Below, piece by piece: positions 27,845 through 38,624 of a stretch of DNA of 64,000 nt (within the stretch, counting starts at the first letter, position 1; each line of letters begins with the position of its first letter). The position numbers and the translations under genes are program-made. This DNA comes from Terrimicrobiaceae bacterium. GTDB lineage: Bacteria > Verrucomicrobiota > Verrucomicrobiia > Chthoniobacterales > Terrimicrobiaceae. The stretch covers positions 1 to 64,000 of the forward strand of contig JBGSVZ010000101.1 of the NCBI GenBank assembly GCA_041752695.1, read 5' to 3'. The notes beneath the pieces were generated by a model that ran no database searches, was not told the origin of the DNA, and saw only the letters and a list, made by a program, of their open reading frames with translations.

Positions 27845-27861
27845 GCTAAAGCGGGAACTCC
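27842..27861 (-). repeat. GGAG-type REP element (variant)
   Basis: Reverse strand reads GGAGTTCCCGCTTTAGCGTG. Confidence 0.75.
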
Positions 27862-27931
27862 AGCGCTGCGCCGAGTCCGGTGCCTTTTGCAGCATGCCCT
27901 ATTCCATGGCGAGGGTTTCGGTCAGCGCGCG

Positions 27932-28609
27932 CTACGCTCCCAGCATCCAGGTGACGTTGCCCTGGGGGGGTCGGACGGCGGCGCAGGGGTAGTTGGATTT
28001 TCCGCTGAACACTTCCTCCAGAATGGCGTCCTTGCCTTTGCTGTTGACGAGAAAACAGACGTGCCGCGCGGCGTCGAGTATCGGGTAAGTGAAGGTGATG
28101 CGGTGGCTGTCGAATTTCGGCACGAAGTTGGAAACCACCCAGCGGTCTTTTTCGCCGAGGGCTTCGGTGCCCGGAAAAAGGGATGCGGTGTGTCCGTCGT
28201 CGCCCATACCGAGGAGGAGGAGGTCGTGGCGATAGAGTCCGTTTTTCGTGCGGGCGCGAAGGGTGTCTTCGTATTCCTGAGCGGCCACCGTGGGGTCGGC
28301 TTCGCCGCGAACACGGAGGATGTTTTCGGCCGGGATTGGAACGTGGTCGAAGAGGGCTTCCTTCGCCATGCGATAGTTGCTTTGGTCGCTGTCGGGTGGC
28401 ACGCAGCGTTCGTCGCCGAAGGTGATGATCCATTTGCTCCAGGCGCCGCGATGTTTCGCGAGAGCCTCATAAACGGGGCGGGGCGTGTTGCCGCCGCTGA
28501 GCGCGAGGTGAAATTCGCCGCGTTCGAAGATGGCGATGTCCGCCTCGCGCTCGATGAGGGCGACGGCGTCTTTAACGAAGTCCGTGGAGTGGATGATTTC
28601 GGGTGTCAT
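27932..28609 (-). CDS. pgl: 6-phosphogluconolactonase
   Basis: LALSGGNTP, GDERCVPPD..SNY, LLGMGDDGHTASLFPG and RITFT. Confidence 0.95.
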   Translation of the reverse strand: MTPEIIHSTDFVKDAVALIEREADIAIFERGEFHLALSGGNTPRPVYEALAKHRGAWSKWIITFGDERCVPPDSDQSNYRMAKEALFDHVPIPAENILRVRGEADPTVAAQEYEDTLRARTKNGLYRHDLLLLGMGDDGHTASLFPGTEALGEKDRWVVSNFVPKFDSHRITFTYPILDAARHVCFLVNSKGKDAILEEVFSGKSNYPCAAVRPPQGNVTWMLGA

Positions 28610-28616
28610 AAATTTT

Positions 28617-29087
28617 TTACATGAGTCGGGCGGGGATGGAAAACTGGAGCTGTCCTGCACCGGGTGCAAGGACCGGAAGGTCCATGGCGGTCAGGGAAGC
28701 TTTGCGGATGAGAAGGTTGTGGGAGTTCGGAAGCCCGAGGAGGGCAGCAACCGTCTCGCCGAAATCCGGTTCGTGGCCTACGAGCATCACGGATTCGTTT
28801 TTTGCATAGGCGCTCAGTTCGCGTAGGCAGGACTCCGGGGTCATGCCGCAGGCGAGCCAATGTTCTTCGACGAGGTCGGCCCCACCAAGGCGCTGGGCCA
28901 CGATTTTGGCGGTCTGTTTGGCGCGGACCACCGGGCTGTTGAGGATGAGGTCGGGGATGAGGCCGTAGCGGATGAGAAATTTGCCCACCTTTTCCGCCTG
29001 TTCGAGGCCCTTGACGGTGAGTTTGCGGTCGAAGTCGCGAGCGGCGTCGGGTTCGGCGTCGGCATGGCGGAGGAAATAGACAATCAT
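28617..29087 (-). CDS. sixA: Phosphohistidine phosphatase SixA
   Basis: LRHADA, DR.LT.KG, SP.VRAKQTA and LVGHEP. Confidence 0.92.
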   Translation of the reverse strand: MIVYFLRHADAEPDAARDFDRKLTVKGLEQAEKVGKFLIRYGLIPDLILNSPVVRAKQTAKIVAQRLGGADLVEEHWLACGMTPESCLRELSAYAKNESVMLVGHEPDFGETVAALLGLPNSHNLLIRKASLTAMDLPVLAPGAGQLQFSIPARLM

Positions 29088-31336
29088 GGCGCCGGGAAGA
29101 GCGTGTTGGTGATGTCCTGACCGTTGTCGATAAACTTCGCGGAGGGACGTTGATCGGCGATGACCTGACCGTTCGCATCCGCGCCGTAGTAGGTATCAAC
29201 GGCGGTGATGCCGGTGACTTGGATGGGCTGGCTGTTGGCTTGCAGCATTTTCGATCCGGAAAAAACCACCGTGCGCGTCTGGCCGAAAAGCAGCGAAGGG
29301 ACCGCGGACGCTTCGGCGTTAATTTCTCCGACGACAATCGAATCGGCGGCGACTCCCGTGGCCACGATGCCTGCTGCATCCGTCGAGGCCTGGAGGCGGC
29401 TGTTTCCGAGGAAGAGGCGGCCGATGGCCGGAGAGGTAACTGTCACGCGCCGGGCCGTGGCCACTGCGTCTCCCGAGGCCGGGTAGGGGCCATTGATTTT
29501 GCCGACGGAATAAAACCGGAACGTCGTTTCTGCCGTGGTGTCGGCCAAAACAAAGGCGGCGTCACCGCGGGCGGGGAATTTGGCGTTAGCCCGCAGCACG
29601 GCGTTGTCGAGCTGGATGGCCAGAGTCCCGGGACCCGACATCTCCGCAACAACGAGGTCGCCATCGGCATCCAGGAAAATCACTCTGGCCCCGATTCCAC
29701 TGCGCGGGCGAATGGTGAGATTCGCCCCCAACATGACAACTTCGTCCACGACGCGTCCGTCGCGCACGACGTTTTGGAATTTCTCCGGGCAAAAGGCAGG
29801 CCCCGCGATCACAGGCGTGCCGGGTTCACTAATGAGGACTTCGAGGATGCCTTGAGCAGTCCCCTGAATATTGGTGGCGGTGATCGGAAGGAGATAGCGT
29901 CCTGCTTCCTTGGGCGTGCCGCGCAGTTCGCCGGTGAGGGGATTGATGCGCAGACCGGGGATGTTGCCGGTGGTGGAAATGACGGTATTTTTCGGCAAGG
30001 CGGTGAGCGGGTGGGAAAATGCCACGCCAACGGTTCCTGCGGCGAGGGCGGTGCCGACAAGGGCTGGCCGTCCCGGTTGGTAGCGGCTGCGAAACATGTC
30101 ACCGGAAACTCGCGGCAGATCTTTCAGGGCGGTCTGGATGCCGTCGCGGATTTCCTGGTCGAACGTGGTCCCGGCGAACGGCGGGTCAAAGACCTCCGGC
30201 GCAGACTGGTCCCGGCCGTTCATGACGATGGTCACGCCGAGCCCATTGGGCAGACTGGCGGCCCAGGCGGCGACTCCGGGCATGGAACCGTATTTTCCCC
30301 AGACGCTGCCATTTTCAAACGCCTCGGTGTGGAAGCCGTAGAAAGTCGCCGTATCCTGCCAGGTTTGCACGCCTGCCGGCCGGGTGGAAAAACGGCCGCG
30401 CGATTCGGCGCTGAGCATCGCGGGTTTCCGTTCGGCACTCAAATGGCTCATCAGCAACGCAAAATCCACTGCCGAAAACAACCAGCCGCCGGTGGGTGCA
30501 ATGAGCGGTAGATCCAGTGTTCCGTAAGCATAGGGCAGGGGAACCAGACCTTCGCCGGGGTAGAGGGAAGGATAGGTGGGCTCCCCATCCGCATAAATCG
30601 GCTCGCCGAGCTGACGGTCCGCCAGACGGGTCGTGCCAATACGCGGGGCACGGAGACCGACAGGCAGAAGGAGGGTTTCGATGACCTGAGCCTCGTAAGG
30701 TTTTCCCGATTTGAGGCTGATCAACTTCGCTAGGAAAATTGGGCTGATGTTGAGATACGCATAAGTCGTCCCCGGATCGAAGCCGAGGGGTTTAGTCAGC
30801 ATGGCCTCAGAGATCAGGTCGCGATTCGCCGGGAGTGGGGAGCCGGAGTCGAGGAGAACGTTGAGCGTGGCGAATGGCGAGGAGGTGTCCGACTGCGGCT
30901 TCCAACCGCTCGACATCGTGAACAAATCCTTCAGCCTGACGTTCGTCAGGCGGGGGTCGGCCTCGCCCGGAACAGGAAAAGGCAACAGCCCCGTCGGGCC
31001 GAAGGCGCGCGCCTCAACGTCCACTCCGCCCCGGTCCACAAGTTTCAGCAGGGCCGATGCTGTCACCAATTTGGAAAGGCTTCCGATGCGAGTGAGGGTG
31101 TCGGGCTCGAAATTTTCACTCGTCTCCGGATTGGCCAGTCCAAAACCCTGGGCATACACCAGCCGTCCGCCTTGGGTAACCGCCAGCGCCCCGCCGGGAA
31201 TTTCATAGCGCGCGAGAAAATCCTCCATCCACTGCGTCAGGGCGTCGAAATTTTTATTCTTCTCCGTTCCCGCGGCCGAGGCCCCAGCCAGGGCGACAAG
31301 GGTTACCCATAACAAGATTAAAATGCGCGCTCTCAT
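29084..31336 (-). CDS. Exported serine hydrolase (beta-lactamase class C/PBP-like) with an Ig-like domain and an extra C-terminal domain
   Basis: Signal peptide, SxxK (GSLSK), YxN (YLN) and KYG; He_PIG-like IPGLRINPLTGELRGTP. Confidence 0.85.
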   Translation of the reverse strand: MRARILILLWVTLVALAGASAAGTEKNKNFDALTQWMEDFLARYEIPGGALAVTQGGRLVYAQGFGLANPETSENFEPDTLTRIGSLSKLVTASALLKLVDRGGVDVEARAFGPTGLLPFPVPGEADPRLTNVRLKDLFTMSSGWKPQSDTSSPFATLNVLLDSGSPLPANRDLISEAMLTKPLGFDPGTTYAYLNISPIFLAKLISLKSGKPYEAQVIETLLLPVGLRAPRIGTTRLADRQLGEPIYADGEPTYPSLYPGEGLVPLPYAYGTLDLPLIAPTGGWLFSAVDFALLMSHLSAERKPAMLSAESRGRFSTRPAGVQTWQDTATFYGFHTEAFENGSVWGKYGSMPGVAAWAASLPNGLGVTIVMNGRDQSAPEVFDPPFAGTTFDQEIRDGIQTALKDLPRVSGDMFRSRYQPGRPALVGTALAAGTVGVAFSHPLTALPKNTVISTTGNIPGLRINPLTGELRGTPKEAGRYLLPITATNIQGTAQGILEVLISEPGTPVIAGPAFCPEKFQNVVRDGRVVDEVVMLGANLTIRPRSGIGARVIFLDADGDLVVAEMSGPGTLAIQLDNAVLRANAKFPARGDAAFVLADTTAETTFRFYSVGKINGPYPASGDAVATARRVTVTSPAIGRLFLGNSRLQASTDAAGIVATGVAADSIVVGEINAEASAVPSLLFGQTRTVVFSGSKMLQANSQPIQVTGITAVDTYYGADANGQVIADQRPSAKFIDNGQDITNTLFPAP

Positions 31337-31530
31337 AACCGACCGGACGTCTCGTAATGTCTCTAGCCCGGGAATTGCGTCGAAACAACGGAAAACCTCC
31401 CGTTTCTGGCACGCCCTCTGCTTCCCCGCCCGGACAACCGACGACCATTCGCCACGAACCCACGGGAACCCGCCGCTCACAAATTGCTGGCGTGGCCCGC
31501 CGTTTTGGCGTCAATAAAAGACTTACCAAC

Positions 31531-34407
31531 ATGATCGACACACTGCGCACCTTCGACGCCGGCCACGGCAAGACCGGACTCTATTACTCCCTGCCCGAAT
31601 TGGAAAAGCAGGGCATCGGCAAAATCTCGCGCCTCCCGATCAGCATTCGTATCGTTCTGGAATCCGTCCTCCGGAATAACGACGGCAAACGGGTGGCGGA
31701 CAAGGACGTCGAGATTCTCGCCAACTGGAATGCCAAGGCCCCGGCCCAGGTCGAAATTCCCTTCGTCGTTGCGCGCGTCGTTCTGCAAGATTTCACCGGC
31801 GTCCCGCTCCTCGTCGATCTCGCCGCCATGCGCACCACGGTCGCCAGCCTCGGCCGCGATCCGAAAATGATCGAGCCCCTCGTGCCCGTCGATCTCGTCG
31901 TCGATCACTCTGTGCAAGTCGATTTCTTCGGCTCATCCCAGGCCCTCCAGCTCAACCTCGACCTGGAGTTTAAACGCAATCGCGAACGTTACGAACTCCT
32001 CAAATGGGGCCAGCAAGCTTTCCAAACCTTTGGCGTTGTGCCTCCCGGCATCGGCATCATTCACCAGGTCAACCTCGAATACCTCGCCAAGGGCGTCCTC
32101 AGCGCGAAGTCCGAGCAGGGCGAAGTTTTCTATCCCGACACCCTCGTCGGCACCGATTCCCACACCACCATGATCAACGGCCTCGGCGTCGTCGGTTGGG
32201 GCGTGGGCGGCATTGAGGCCGAATCCGGCATGCTTGGCCAGCCTGTCTATTTCCTAACGCCCGAAGTCGTCGGCGTTTACCTTACCGGTTCGCTCAAGGA
32301 AGGCGTTACCGCCACCGACCTCGTCCTCAAAGTCACCGAGATCCTCCGAAAAGCGAAAGTCGTCGGCAAGTTCGTCGAATTCTATGGACCCGGCGCGAAA
32401 TCCCTCGCCGTTGTCGATCGCGCCACCATCGCCAACATGGCCCCGGAATACGGAGCCACCATGGGCTTCTTCGGCGTCGACGAAGAAACCGTCGCCTACA
32501 TGCGCGGCACCGGCCGCAGCGAAGAACTCTGCTCCGCCTTCGAAGCCTACTACAAGGCCCAGGGTCTCTGGGGCATCCCCGAAAAAGGCCAGATCGACTA
32601 CAGCTCCGAGATGGAACTCGACCTCGCCAGCGTTGTTCCCGGCGTTGCCGGCCCAAAACGCCCGCAGGATCGCATTAACCTTCCCGAGCTCAAATCCACC
32701 TTCCAGGGTCTCTTCGAGAAACCTCTTTCCGAAGGGGGTTATGGCAAAAAACTCACCGACCTCGAGCCCAAGTTCAGCGTCCAACTCAATGGCGCGAAGC
32801 CCATCGAAGACATCCTGCCTTCCACCGACTCCACCACCAACCACCTCAAGGAAGGCCTGCCGCAAAATGAAGTCGAGATGGTGACCAACCGTCCGACCCC
32901 CGACAATGTCGCGTCCTCTGACTACGACACGGCGAAGGCCAGCGTCGGCAACGGTAGCGTCCTCATCGCCGCCATCACGAGTTGCACAAACACCAGCAAC
33001 CCGAGCGTGATGCTCGGCGCCGGACTCCTTGCCAAAAAAGCGGTGGAGAAGGGCCTCAAGGTCAACCCCGCCGTGAAGACCTCCCTCGGGCCAGGGTCGC
33101 GCGTCGTCACCGACTACCTTGATAAAACCGGCCTCCAGCCCTACCTCGACACCCTCGGTTTCCAGACCGTCGGTTACGGCTGCACCACCTGTATTGGCAA
33201 CTCCGGCCCGCTCCACCCCTCGCTGGAAAAAGCCATCCTCGACAACGACCTCGTCGCCGCCAGCGTGCTCTCGGGCAACCGCAACTTCGAAGCCCGCGTC
33301 CACCAAAACATCCGTGCGAACTTCCTCATGTCCCCGCCGCTCGTCGTGGCCTTTGCCCTCGCCGGCACGGTCGATATCGACATGAGCAAGGAACCGCTGG
33401 GCAAGGGCGCCGACGGTGCCGACGTTTTCCTCAAGGACATCTGGCCCACCCAGGCCGAGGTGCGCGAGGCCATGTCCTCCGCCCTTAAGCCCGAAGTGTA
33501 CCGCCGCCTCTACACCGACTTCGCCAGCCAGAATCCCAAGTGGAACGAGATTCCGAGCAGTGTGGGTGAGGTTTACGCCTGGAACAATAAATCGACCTAT
33601 ATCCAGGAACCGCCCTTCTTCGATGGCTTCAGCATGGCGCTTGGCACCATCGGCGACATCAAAGGCGCGCGTCCCCTGGGCATTTTCGGCGACAGCGTCA
33701 CCACCGATCACATCAGCCCGGCTGGTGCGATTAAGAAGACCAGCCCCGCCGGCAAGTTTCTCCTCGAAAACGGCGTATCCGTAGAAGATTTCAACAGCTA
33801 CGGCTCCCGTCGCGGCAACGACCGCGTGATGACCCGCGGCACCTTTGCCAACGTCCGCATCAAGAACCTCATGGTTCCTGGCATCGAAGGTGGTTACACC
33901 CTCTACTTTGGCAAAGGCGAAGTGCCCGCGCCCGACAAGGAAATCAGCGCCAAGGCCGGCACGCCCACCTTCATCTACGATGCCTGCATGGCCTACAAAG
34001 CCGAAGGCACCCCGCTCATCATCTTCACCGGACAGGAATATGGCACCGGTTCCAGCCGCGACTGGGCGGCCAAAGGCACCAACCTCCTCGGCGTAAAAGC
34101 GGTCGTCGCCCAGAGCTTCGAACGCATCCACCGCTCGAACCTCGTCGGCATGGGCGTCCTGCCCTGCCAGTTCCCGGAAGGCGTCACCGCCCAGACCCTC
34201 GGCCTGGATGGAACGGAAACCTTCGACATCCTCGGCATCAAGGGCGAAGACCTTAAACCCATGCAGGACGTCACCCTTGTCATCCACCGCGCCGACGGCA
34301 CGGAGGAGCAACATACCCTGCGCTCGCGCATCGACACGGCCATCGAGGTGGACTACTTCCGCCACGGCGGCATCCTGCCTTATGTGCTGCGCCAGCTTCT
34401 GTCCTAA
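31531..34407 (+). CDS. acnA: Aconitate hydratase A
   Basis: [45 protein letters not shown] and [12 protein letters not shown]. Confidence 0.98.
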   Translation: MIDTLRTFDAGHGKTGLYYSLPELEKQGIGKISRLPISIRIVLESVLRNNDGKRVADKDVEILANWNAKAPAQVEIPFVVARVVLQDFTGVPLLVDLAAMRTTVASLGRDPKMIEPLVPVDLVVDHSVQVDFFGSSQALQLNLDLEFKRNRERYELLKWGQQAFQTFGVVPPGIGIIHQVNLEYLAKGVLSAKSEQGEVFYPDTLVGTDSHTTMINGLGVVGWGVGGIEAESGMLGQPVYFLTPEVVGVYLTGSLKEGVTATDLVLKVTEILRKAKVVGKFVEFYGPGAKSLAVVDRATIANMAPEYGATMGFFGVDEETVAYMRGTGRSEELCSAFEAYYKAQGLWGIPEKGQIDYSSEMELDLASVVPGVAGPKRPQDRINLPELKSTFQGLFEKPLSEGGYGKKLTDLEPKFSVQLNGAKPIEDILPSTDSTTNHLKEGLPQNEVEMVTNRPTPDNVASSDYDTAKASVGNGSVLIAAITSCTNTSNPSVMLGAGLLAKKAVEKGLKVNPAVKTSLGPGSRVVTDYLDKTGLQPYLDTLGFQTVGYGCTTCIGNSGPLHPSLEKAILDNDLVAASVLSGNRNFEARVHQNIRANFLMSPPLVVAFALAGTVDIDMSKEPLGKGADGADVFLKDIWPTQAEVREAMSSALKPEVYRRLYTDFASQNPKWNEIPSSVGEVYAWNNKSTYIQEPPFFDGFSMALGTIGDIKGARPLGIFGDSVTTDHISPAGAIKKTSPAGKFLLENGVSVEDFNSYGSRRGNDRVMTRGTFANVRIKNLMVPGIEGGYTLYFGKGEVPAPDKEISAKAGTPTFIYDACMAYKAEGTPLIIFTGQEYGTGSSRDWAAKGTNLLGVKAVVAQSFERIHRSNLVGMGVLPCQFPEGVTAQTLGLDGTETFDILGIKGEDLKPMQDVTLVIHRADGTEEQHTLRSRIDTAIEVDYFRHGGILPYVLRQLLS

Positions 34408-34432
34408 ACGACAGTTGCTAACCAATTGATGG

Positions 34433-34646
34433 CTTTTCGCGTCTGATGCGACTTGGAGTCCGGCTCATCCCCACGGAAATGCAGCCGGAAACAGGAGCAA
34501 CTGTGACCTCGTGGCCACAGTCTGGAGCCAGGACAGAGACGATTAATTTCGAACCGTAAAGGGCACTCTGTCCTCGGGAGCTATTGAAAATGCAGGCAAG
34601 GTCGTCATCCAACCGATGACTGCCCAGGCGGCGAATGTCGGAAAAG
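34433..34646 (-). ncRNA. Candidate structured non-coding RNA (four hairpins separated by repeated CUCC linkers)
   Basis: Stems at 34460-34488, 34500-34521, 34530-34574 and 34595-34624; G-U pairs favour the minus strand. Confidence 0.45.
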
Positions 34647-34647
34647 A

Positions 34648-35424
34648 CTAAGAAGACGATTGACGGGACTGGTCGCCCAAAGGCGCGATCACGGCGGGCA
34701 GGGATTTTCCGAGAATTCGAAAGCGAAGGAACTCCAGAAGAAACTGGGTGTAATACGCCGCGCCCCAGCGAATGACCTGCAATTTTCTCTCGCCGGCGAT
34801 GCGTTTCGGCTCTGGGGAACCAATTTTCGAAACCTTGCAGCCGGTCGCCGCCGCACGGACGGAGAGGAGGGGTTCGATGCCGATGCGCGTGAAATAGAGT
34901 TTCTCCGGGAGCGTGTAGGCTTCGTGACGGTCGAGTCCCAATTCGTAGAAAAGTTTGGTGCGGTAGCCGCGATAAATGCCCATGCAGTCGGAGTAATCCG
35001 CCTGGAAGAGAAAGTTGACGGTTGAGGTGAAAAACCAATTGCCAAATCCCGTGACGAGATCGTCATCCTCGCTGCCCGCATCTTTTCCGTAACGGGACGC
35101 GACCACCATGTCGTAACCTTCCTGCATCTTGGCAAAAAGTCGGGGGATGTCCTCCGGGATGCAGTTTCCATCCGGGCTCATGGTGATCACGTAAGGCTGG
35201 GTGATGAGCGGCCAGGCCTCGATGTAGGCATGACGGATCCCTCGCTCCTTCTGCACGTAGACGGTTGCGCCCATGGCGGATGCGACCTCGCAGGTCTTGT
35301 CGCGAGAATTTCCATCGGAGACGATGACCTGGGCCGGATGCTGGGCGAGAATCCGGGGAAGCAGCACCTTGAGTCCCTCCTCCTCGTTCATCGTGGGCAA
35401 AAATATGGTGAGAGGGAGTGTCAT
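34648..35424 (-). CDS. Glycosyltransferase family 2 (polyprenol-phosphate glycosyltransferase, DPM1-like)
   Basis: PTMNEE, SDGNSRDKT, DMVVASRY and R..GERK. Confidence 0.88.
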   Translation of the reverse strand: MTLPLTIFLPTMNEEEGLKVLLPRILAQHPAQVIVSDGNSRDKTCEVASAMGATVYVQKERGIRHAYIEAWPLITQPYVITMSPDGNCIPEDIPRLFAKMQEGYDMVVASRYGKDAGSEDDDLVTGFGNWFFTSTVNFLFQADYSDCMGIYRGYRTKLFYELGLDRHEAYTLPEKLYFTRIGIEPLLSVRAAATGCKVSKIGSPEPKRIAGERKLQVIRWGAAYYTQFLLEFLRFRILGKSLPAVIAPLGDQSRQSSS

Positions 35425-35431
35425 GAATGCG

Positions 35432-36982
35432 TTATTTCTGCGGAAGAAAACGAGGATTGGCGAGAATGGAGTAGGTTTTTCCGCTCCAGACGATGGGCCA
35501 GCGTTCCTTCTCCAGCTTTGCCGTGAGTTGGTTGATATTGGGTTCGGCGAAGGTCCACCGGCGGTCGATGTCCCCGACCACCGCGAATTTCACTTTTTCC
35601 AATGAGGCATCATAGCGAAAGCGCTCGCGGCGGTTGCCGTTTTCGTAGCCTTGAGTGGGCACGCCGTACCAGGTGATCATTTGCAGGTAGGGAATGGTCT
35701 TGGCCTTGAGTAGCCAGGCGCTGTTGGCGTTGCCGACGACCGCGTCTTTGGAGGTGGTGTGCGCATTCAACCAGGCCGCGGCCTGCTCGACCTCCGCAGG
35801 GGATTGGGTGACCCAGTATTGGTTGCGGGGTTTGAGGGTGCCGAGGATGGCGTCCGGCGCGATTTGGACAAAGCAGGACAGCGGGAGAACCCAGAAAAAC
35901 CAGGCCACGCGCGGCGCCCAGGGAAAAGAAAGGCGGGCCAGGTGTTTTTCCGCAGTGTGGAAAAGGCCGGCCCAAGCGATGCCGAGGACGGGAAGAAGGA
36001 CGGCGGCCTGATAGTAGAATACCACCAGGTTCTGACGGTTTTTCACGAGCAGGAAGAGAACCAGTCCGCCCACGATGGTCACGGGAAATAGCCGCCGGTT
36101 CAGGCACGCCAGGAGACCAAGGACGGCTCCGATGTGGAACCAGTCCTGTCGGACGAAAATGGAAAGGTTCCTGAGGGCCTGGAACCCGCCACCGTCTTCA
36201 GCGCCGCGGCCGGTAAAAACATTTTTCAGTTGCTCGAGATCCTCCCAAAGCCAGTTGCCGAAACGGAGCCAGGCGAAAAGGAGGCTGGCCAGGACCACGA
36301 TGCCGGCGGGCGCGAAAAGCGGAATCCAGCTTTTGGGATGACGCAGTCGCACGAGGCCCGCGGAGAGAGCGGCGTGAATGAACAGCGGATGCGAAGCGGC
36401 GGCGATGGCGAGTCCTCCGCCGGCGAGGAGATCATTGCGCAGGCCCGGTGAGCGAAGAAGGAAAAGGGTCATCAATCCCACCCCAAGTCCCACGGCATTG
36501 TGGGCGTAGCTCATGCGAAAATGGATGACCGACTGCGAGTAGGAAAGAAAGAGGAGGGCCCCAAAGAGCGCGGCGGGCAGACCCAGTGGTGCGCGGCCCA
36601 GTGCCACGATGGCGAGGGCGGATGCGAGGGCGAGCAGGGTGTTGAATAAGCGCGAGCCGACAATGTCCCCACCTGCGGCGTTGGCGAAAAGGCCGTTTAC
36701 GAAAGTGTAGCCGGGTTGATACGGATAGTGCGGATGCCAGTAGGTGTTCCAGAGGGCAAAGTGAGTGGGCTGACCCGCCGCAAGGTCGCGCGAGCAGGAA
36801 TGGATGAGCGTTTCATCGCCATACCAACCGGGGGATGTCCGGACGTGGGGCAGATAAAGCAAAGCCCACACCACCACAACCAGCGCGAGGGCCACGATCA
36901 GCTGCTTTCGGGGAGGCTCGGCGCTCTGCCAGCTCCGGGAGAGACCGGAGAGAAAACCGGGGGAGGTGGCGGCGGCGGTCAT
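35432..36982 (-). CDS. GT-C-type (ArnT/PMT-like) membrane glycosyltransferase
   Basis: WYGDE in the first loop, HYPYQP, many TM helices; adjacent to a GT2 gene. Confidence 0.7.
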   Translation of the reverse strand: MTAAATSPGFLSGLSRSWQSAEPPRKQLIVALALVVVVWALLYLPHVRTSPGWYGDETLIHSCSRDLAAGQPTHFALWNTYWHPHYPYQPGYTFVNGLFANAAGGDIVGSRLFNTLLALASALAIVALGRAPLGLPAALFGALLFLSYSQSVIHFRMSYAHNAVGLGVGLMTLFLLRSPGLRNDLLAGGGLAIAAASHPLFIHAALSAGLVRLRHPKSWIPLFAPAGIVVLASLLFAWLRFGNWLWEDLEQLKNVFTGRGAEDGGGFQALRNLSIFVRQDWFHIGAVLGLLACLNRRLFPVTIVGGLVLFLLVKNRQNLVVFYYQAAVLLPVLGIAWAGLFHTAEKHLARLSFPWAPRVAWFFWVLPLSCFVQIAPDAILGTLKPRNQYWVTQSPAEVEQAAAWLNAHTTSKDAVVGNANSAWLLKAKTIPYLQMITWYGVPTQGYENGNRRERFRYDASLEKVKFAVVGDIDRRWTFAEPNINQLTAKLEKERWPIVWSGKTYSILANPRFLPQK

Positions 36983-37015
36983 CAGAAAAAAGGGGCGTTG
37001 CCGCTGAGCCGGTAG

Positions 37016-37570
37016 CTACATCGGGGAGTTTTCCGCCCGGATGCTTTCGATCTCGGGTTCGAGTTCGGCGCGCTGGTTTTTGTTCATCCGGTCGATGAAG
37101 AGAATGCCGTGGAGGTGGTCGTATTCGTGCTGGATGGCGCGGGCAAGAAGACCGTCGGCTTCAAATTCGATGAGCTCGTTGTTCATGGACAACGCCTTCA
37201 CGCGCACAGAGAGCGGACGCACGATGTCGCCGCGCAACCCGGGGAAGCTGAGGCAGCCTTCGACACCGGATTTTTCGCGGCCGAAGGGTTCGATCTCGGG
37301 GTTGAGCAGGACGAGGGGCATGCAGGCCTCGACCTCGACGCGTTTGCCACCGATGCGGATTTCGCTGGGGCGGTCCGCGCCGGTCACATCGACCACACAC
37401 ATCTGGATGGGCATGCCAATTTGTTGTGCGGCGAGTCCGACGCCGTCGGCATCGACCATGGTGTCGAGCATATCCTCGGCGAGTTTGTGGAGTTTGGCGT
37501 CGATGGTTTCCACGCGGCGGCCTTTGGCCCGCAGGGCAGGGTGGCCGTATTGGACGATGTCGAGGATCAT
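37016..37570 (-). CDS. def: Peptide deformylase
   Basis: GVGLAAQQIG, EGCLS and QHEYDHLHG. Confidence 0.97.
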   Translation of the reverse strand: MILDIVQYGHPALRAKGRRVETIDAKLHKLAEDMLDTMVDADGVGLAAQQIGMPIQMCVVDVTGADRPSEIRIGGKRVEVEACMPLVLLNPEIEPFGREKSGVEGCLSFPGLRGDIVRPLSVRVKALSMNNELIEFEADGLLARAIQHEYDHLHGILFIDRMNKNQRAELEPEIESIRAENSPM

Positions 37571-37983
37571 GGCTGGGTTGGCTGGGTGAAGGCGGGGACG
37601 TTTTTTATCCCGGCTTCCTTGAGGGCGTCCAGCACGGAGACAACGACGCCAAAGGGCGCGGTCTTGTCGGCCTGGAGGGCAATGGGACGTTCGGGGGATT
37701 GCTCGCGGGCGGCCTTGAGAGAGGCTCCGAGGTCGGCGAGGGCAACGGGTTTGTCGTCAAGGGTGATGGTGTCCTCGCCTTTCACGCTGAGCACGAGAGG
37801 TTCTTTTTTCTCGGCCGGGGCGGCTTCGGCGGTTTTGCTGTCGGGAAGGTTGATCTGCAACTGCGGCTGATTTTTTTTAAACGTGGTGGTGACGATAAAA
37901 AAGATGAGCAGGATGGCCAGGATGTCGATCAGCGAGACGATGATGATCGCCGGGGTCTTCTTTTTCTTGGTGTGAAATTTCAT
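37567..37983 (-). CDS. exbD: ExbD/TolR biopolymer transport protein
   Basis: SLIDILAILLIFFIVT, INLP and QADK.APFG.VV.VLD. Confidence 0.9.
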   Translation of the reverse strand: MKFHTKKKKTPAIIIVSLIDILAILLIFFIVTTTFKKNQPQLQINLPDSKTAEAAPAEKKEPLVLSVKGEDTITLDDKPVALADLGASLKAAREQSPERPIALQADKTAPFGVVVSVLDALKEAGIKNVPAFTQPTQP

Positions 37984-38624
37984 CGTTCGTTCCGTGCGGT
38001 GCCCTGCGGGTAGCATTTGGCGATGAGGTCCGCGATGAGCGATTCCATTTCGACGGACATCACTTCGATCCGGCGTTGGAAGTGGTTGTAGGCGATGAGG
38101 CAGGGCACAGAAACACCGAGGCCGACGATGGTGGTATTGAGCGCCTCGGCGATGCCGCGGGCGACGGCGGTGGGGTCGGAGCCCACGGCGGCGAAGATGC
38201 CGACGAGGCCGGAGAGCGTGCCCAGGAGGCCGAGCAGGGGGGCGATCCCGGTGGCGATTTCCAGCAGGACGAGGCCATTCTCCAGGCGGGCGACTTCGTG
38301 ACGGGCGCGGGTTTGCACGGCTTCGACGGTCTCGGAGCGCGGCCAGGTGAGGTGTTTGAGGACGGTGGCGGCAACGCGGCCCAGCGGCGAGGGGTGGCGG
38401 GCGACAAGCTTCTCGAGGCGGGTGAGGTCGTTGCCGGGCTGGAGGCGCTCAATTTCGTCCACAATCATCGGGGGAAGGACGGCTTTTTCCCGCAGCACCA
38501 TCCCGCGCAGGATCATGACGGTGACGGCTGTGATGGACAGCAGGAGCAGGAAGATCATGAAAATTCCGCCCTGTTCGAAAAAGCGGAAGGCGGAAGTGAG
38601 GGCGGAGGCGATGGGCAGATCCAT
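37980..38624 (-). CDS. exbB: ExbB/TolQ proton channel protein
   Basis: APLLGLLGTLSG and GIAEALNTT..GL. Confidence 0.9.
   Translation of the reverse strand: MDLPIASALTSAFRFFEQGGIFMIFLLLLSITAVTVMILRGMVLREKAVLPPMIVDEIERLQPGNDLTRLEKLVARHPSPLGRVAATVLKHLTWPRSETVEAVQTRARHEVARLENGLVLLEIATGIAPLLGLLGTLSGLVGIFAAVGSDPTAVARGIAEALNTTIVGLGVSVPCLIAYNHFQRRIEVMSVEMESLIADLIAKCYPQGTARNER

Noticed and set aside
29084..31336. True beta-lactamase
   Set aside because: SxxK/YxN motifs are shared by many esterases and peptidases, and the multidomain layout is not AmpC-like.
34433..34646. tmRNA, RNase P, SRP or 6S RNA
   Set aside because: No tRNA-like ends or tag peptide, no GAGGAAAGUCC, no SRP loop motif, and the fold is multi-hairpin rather than a single rod.
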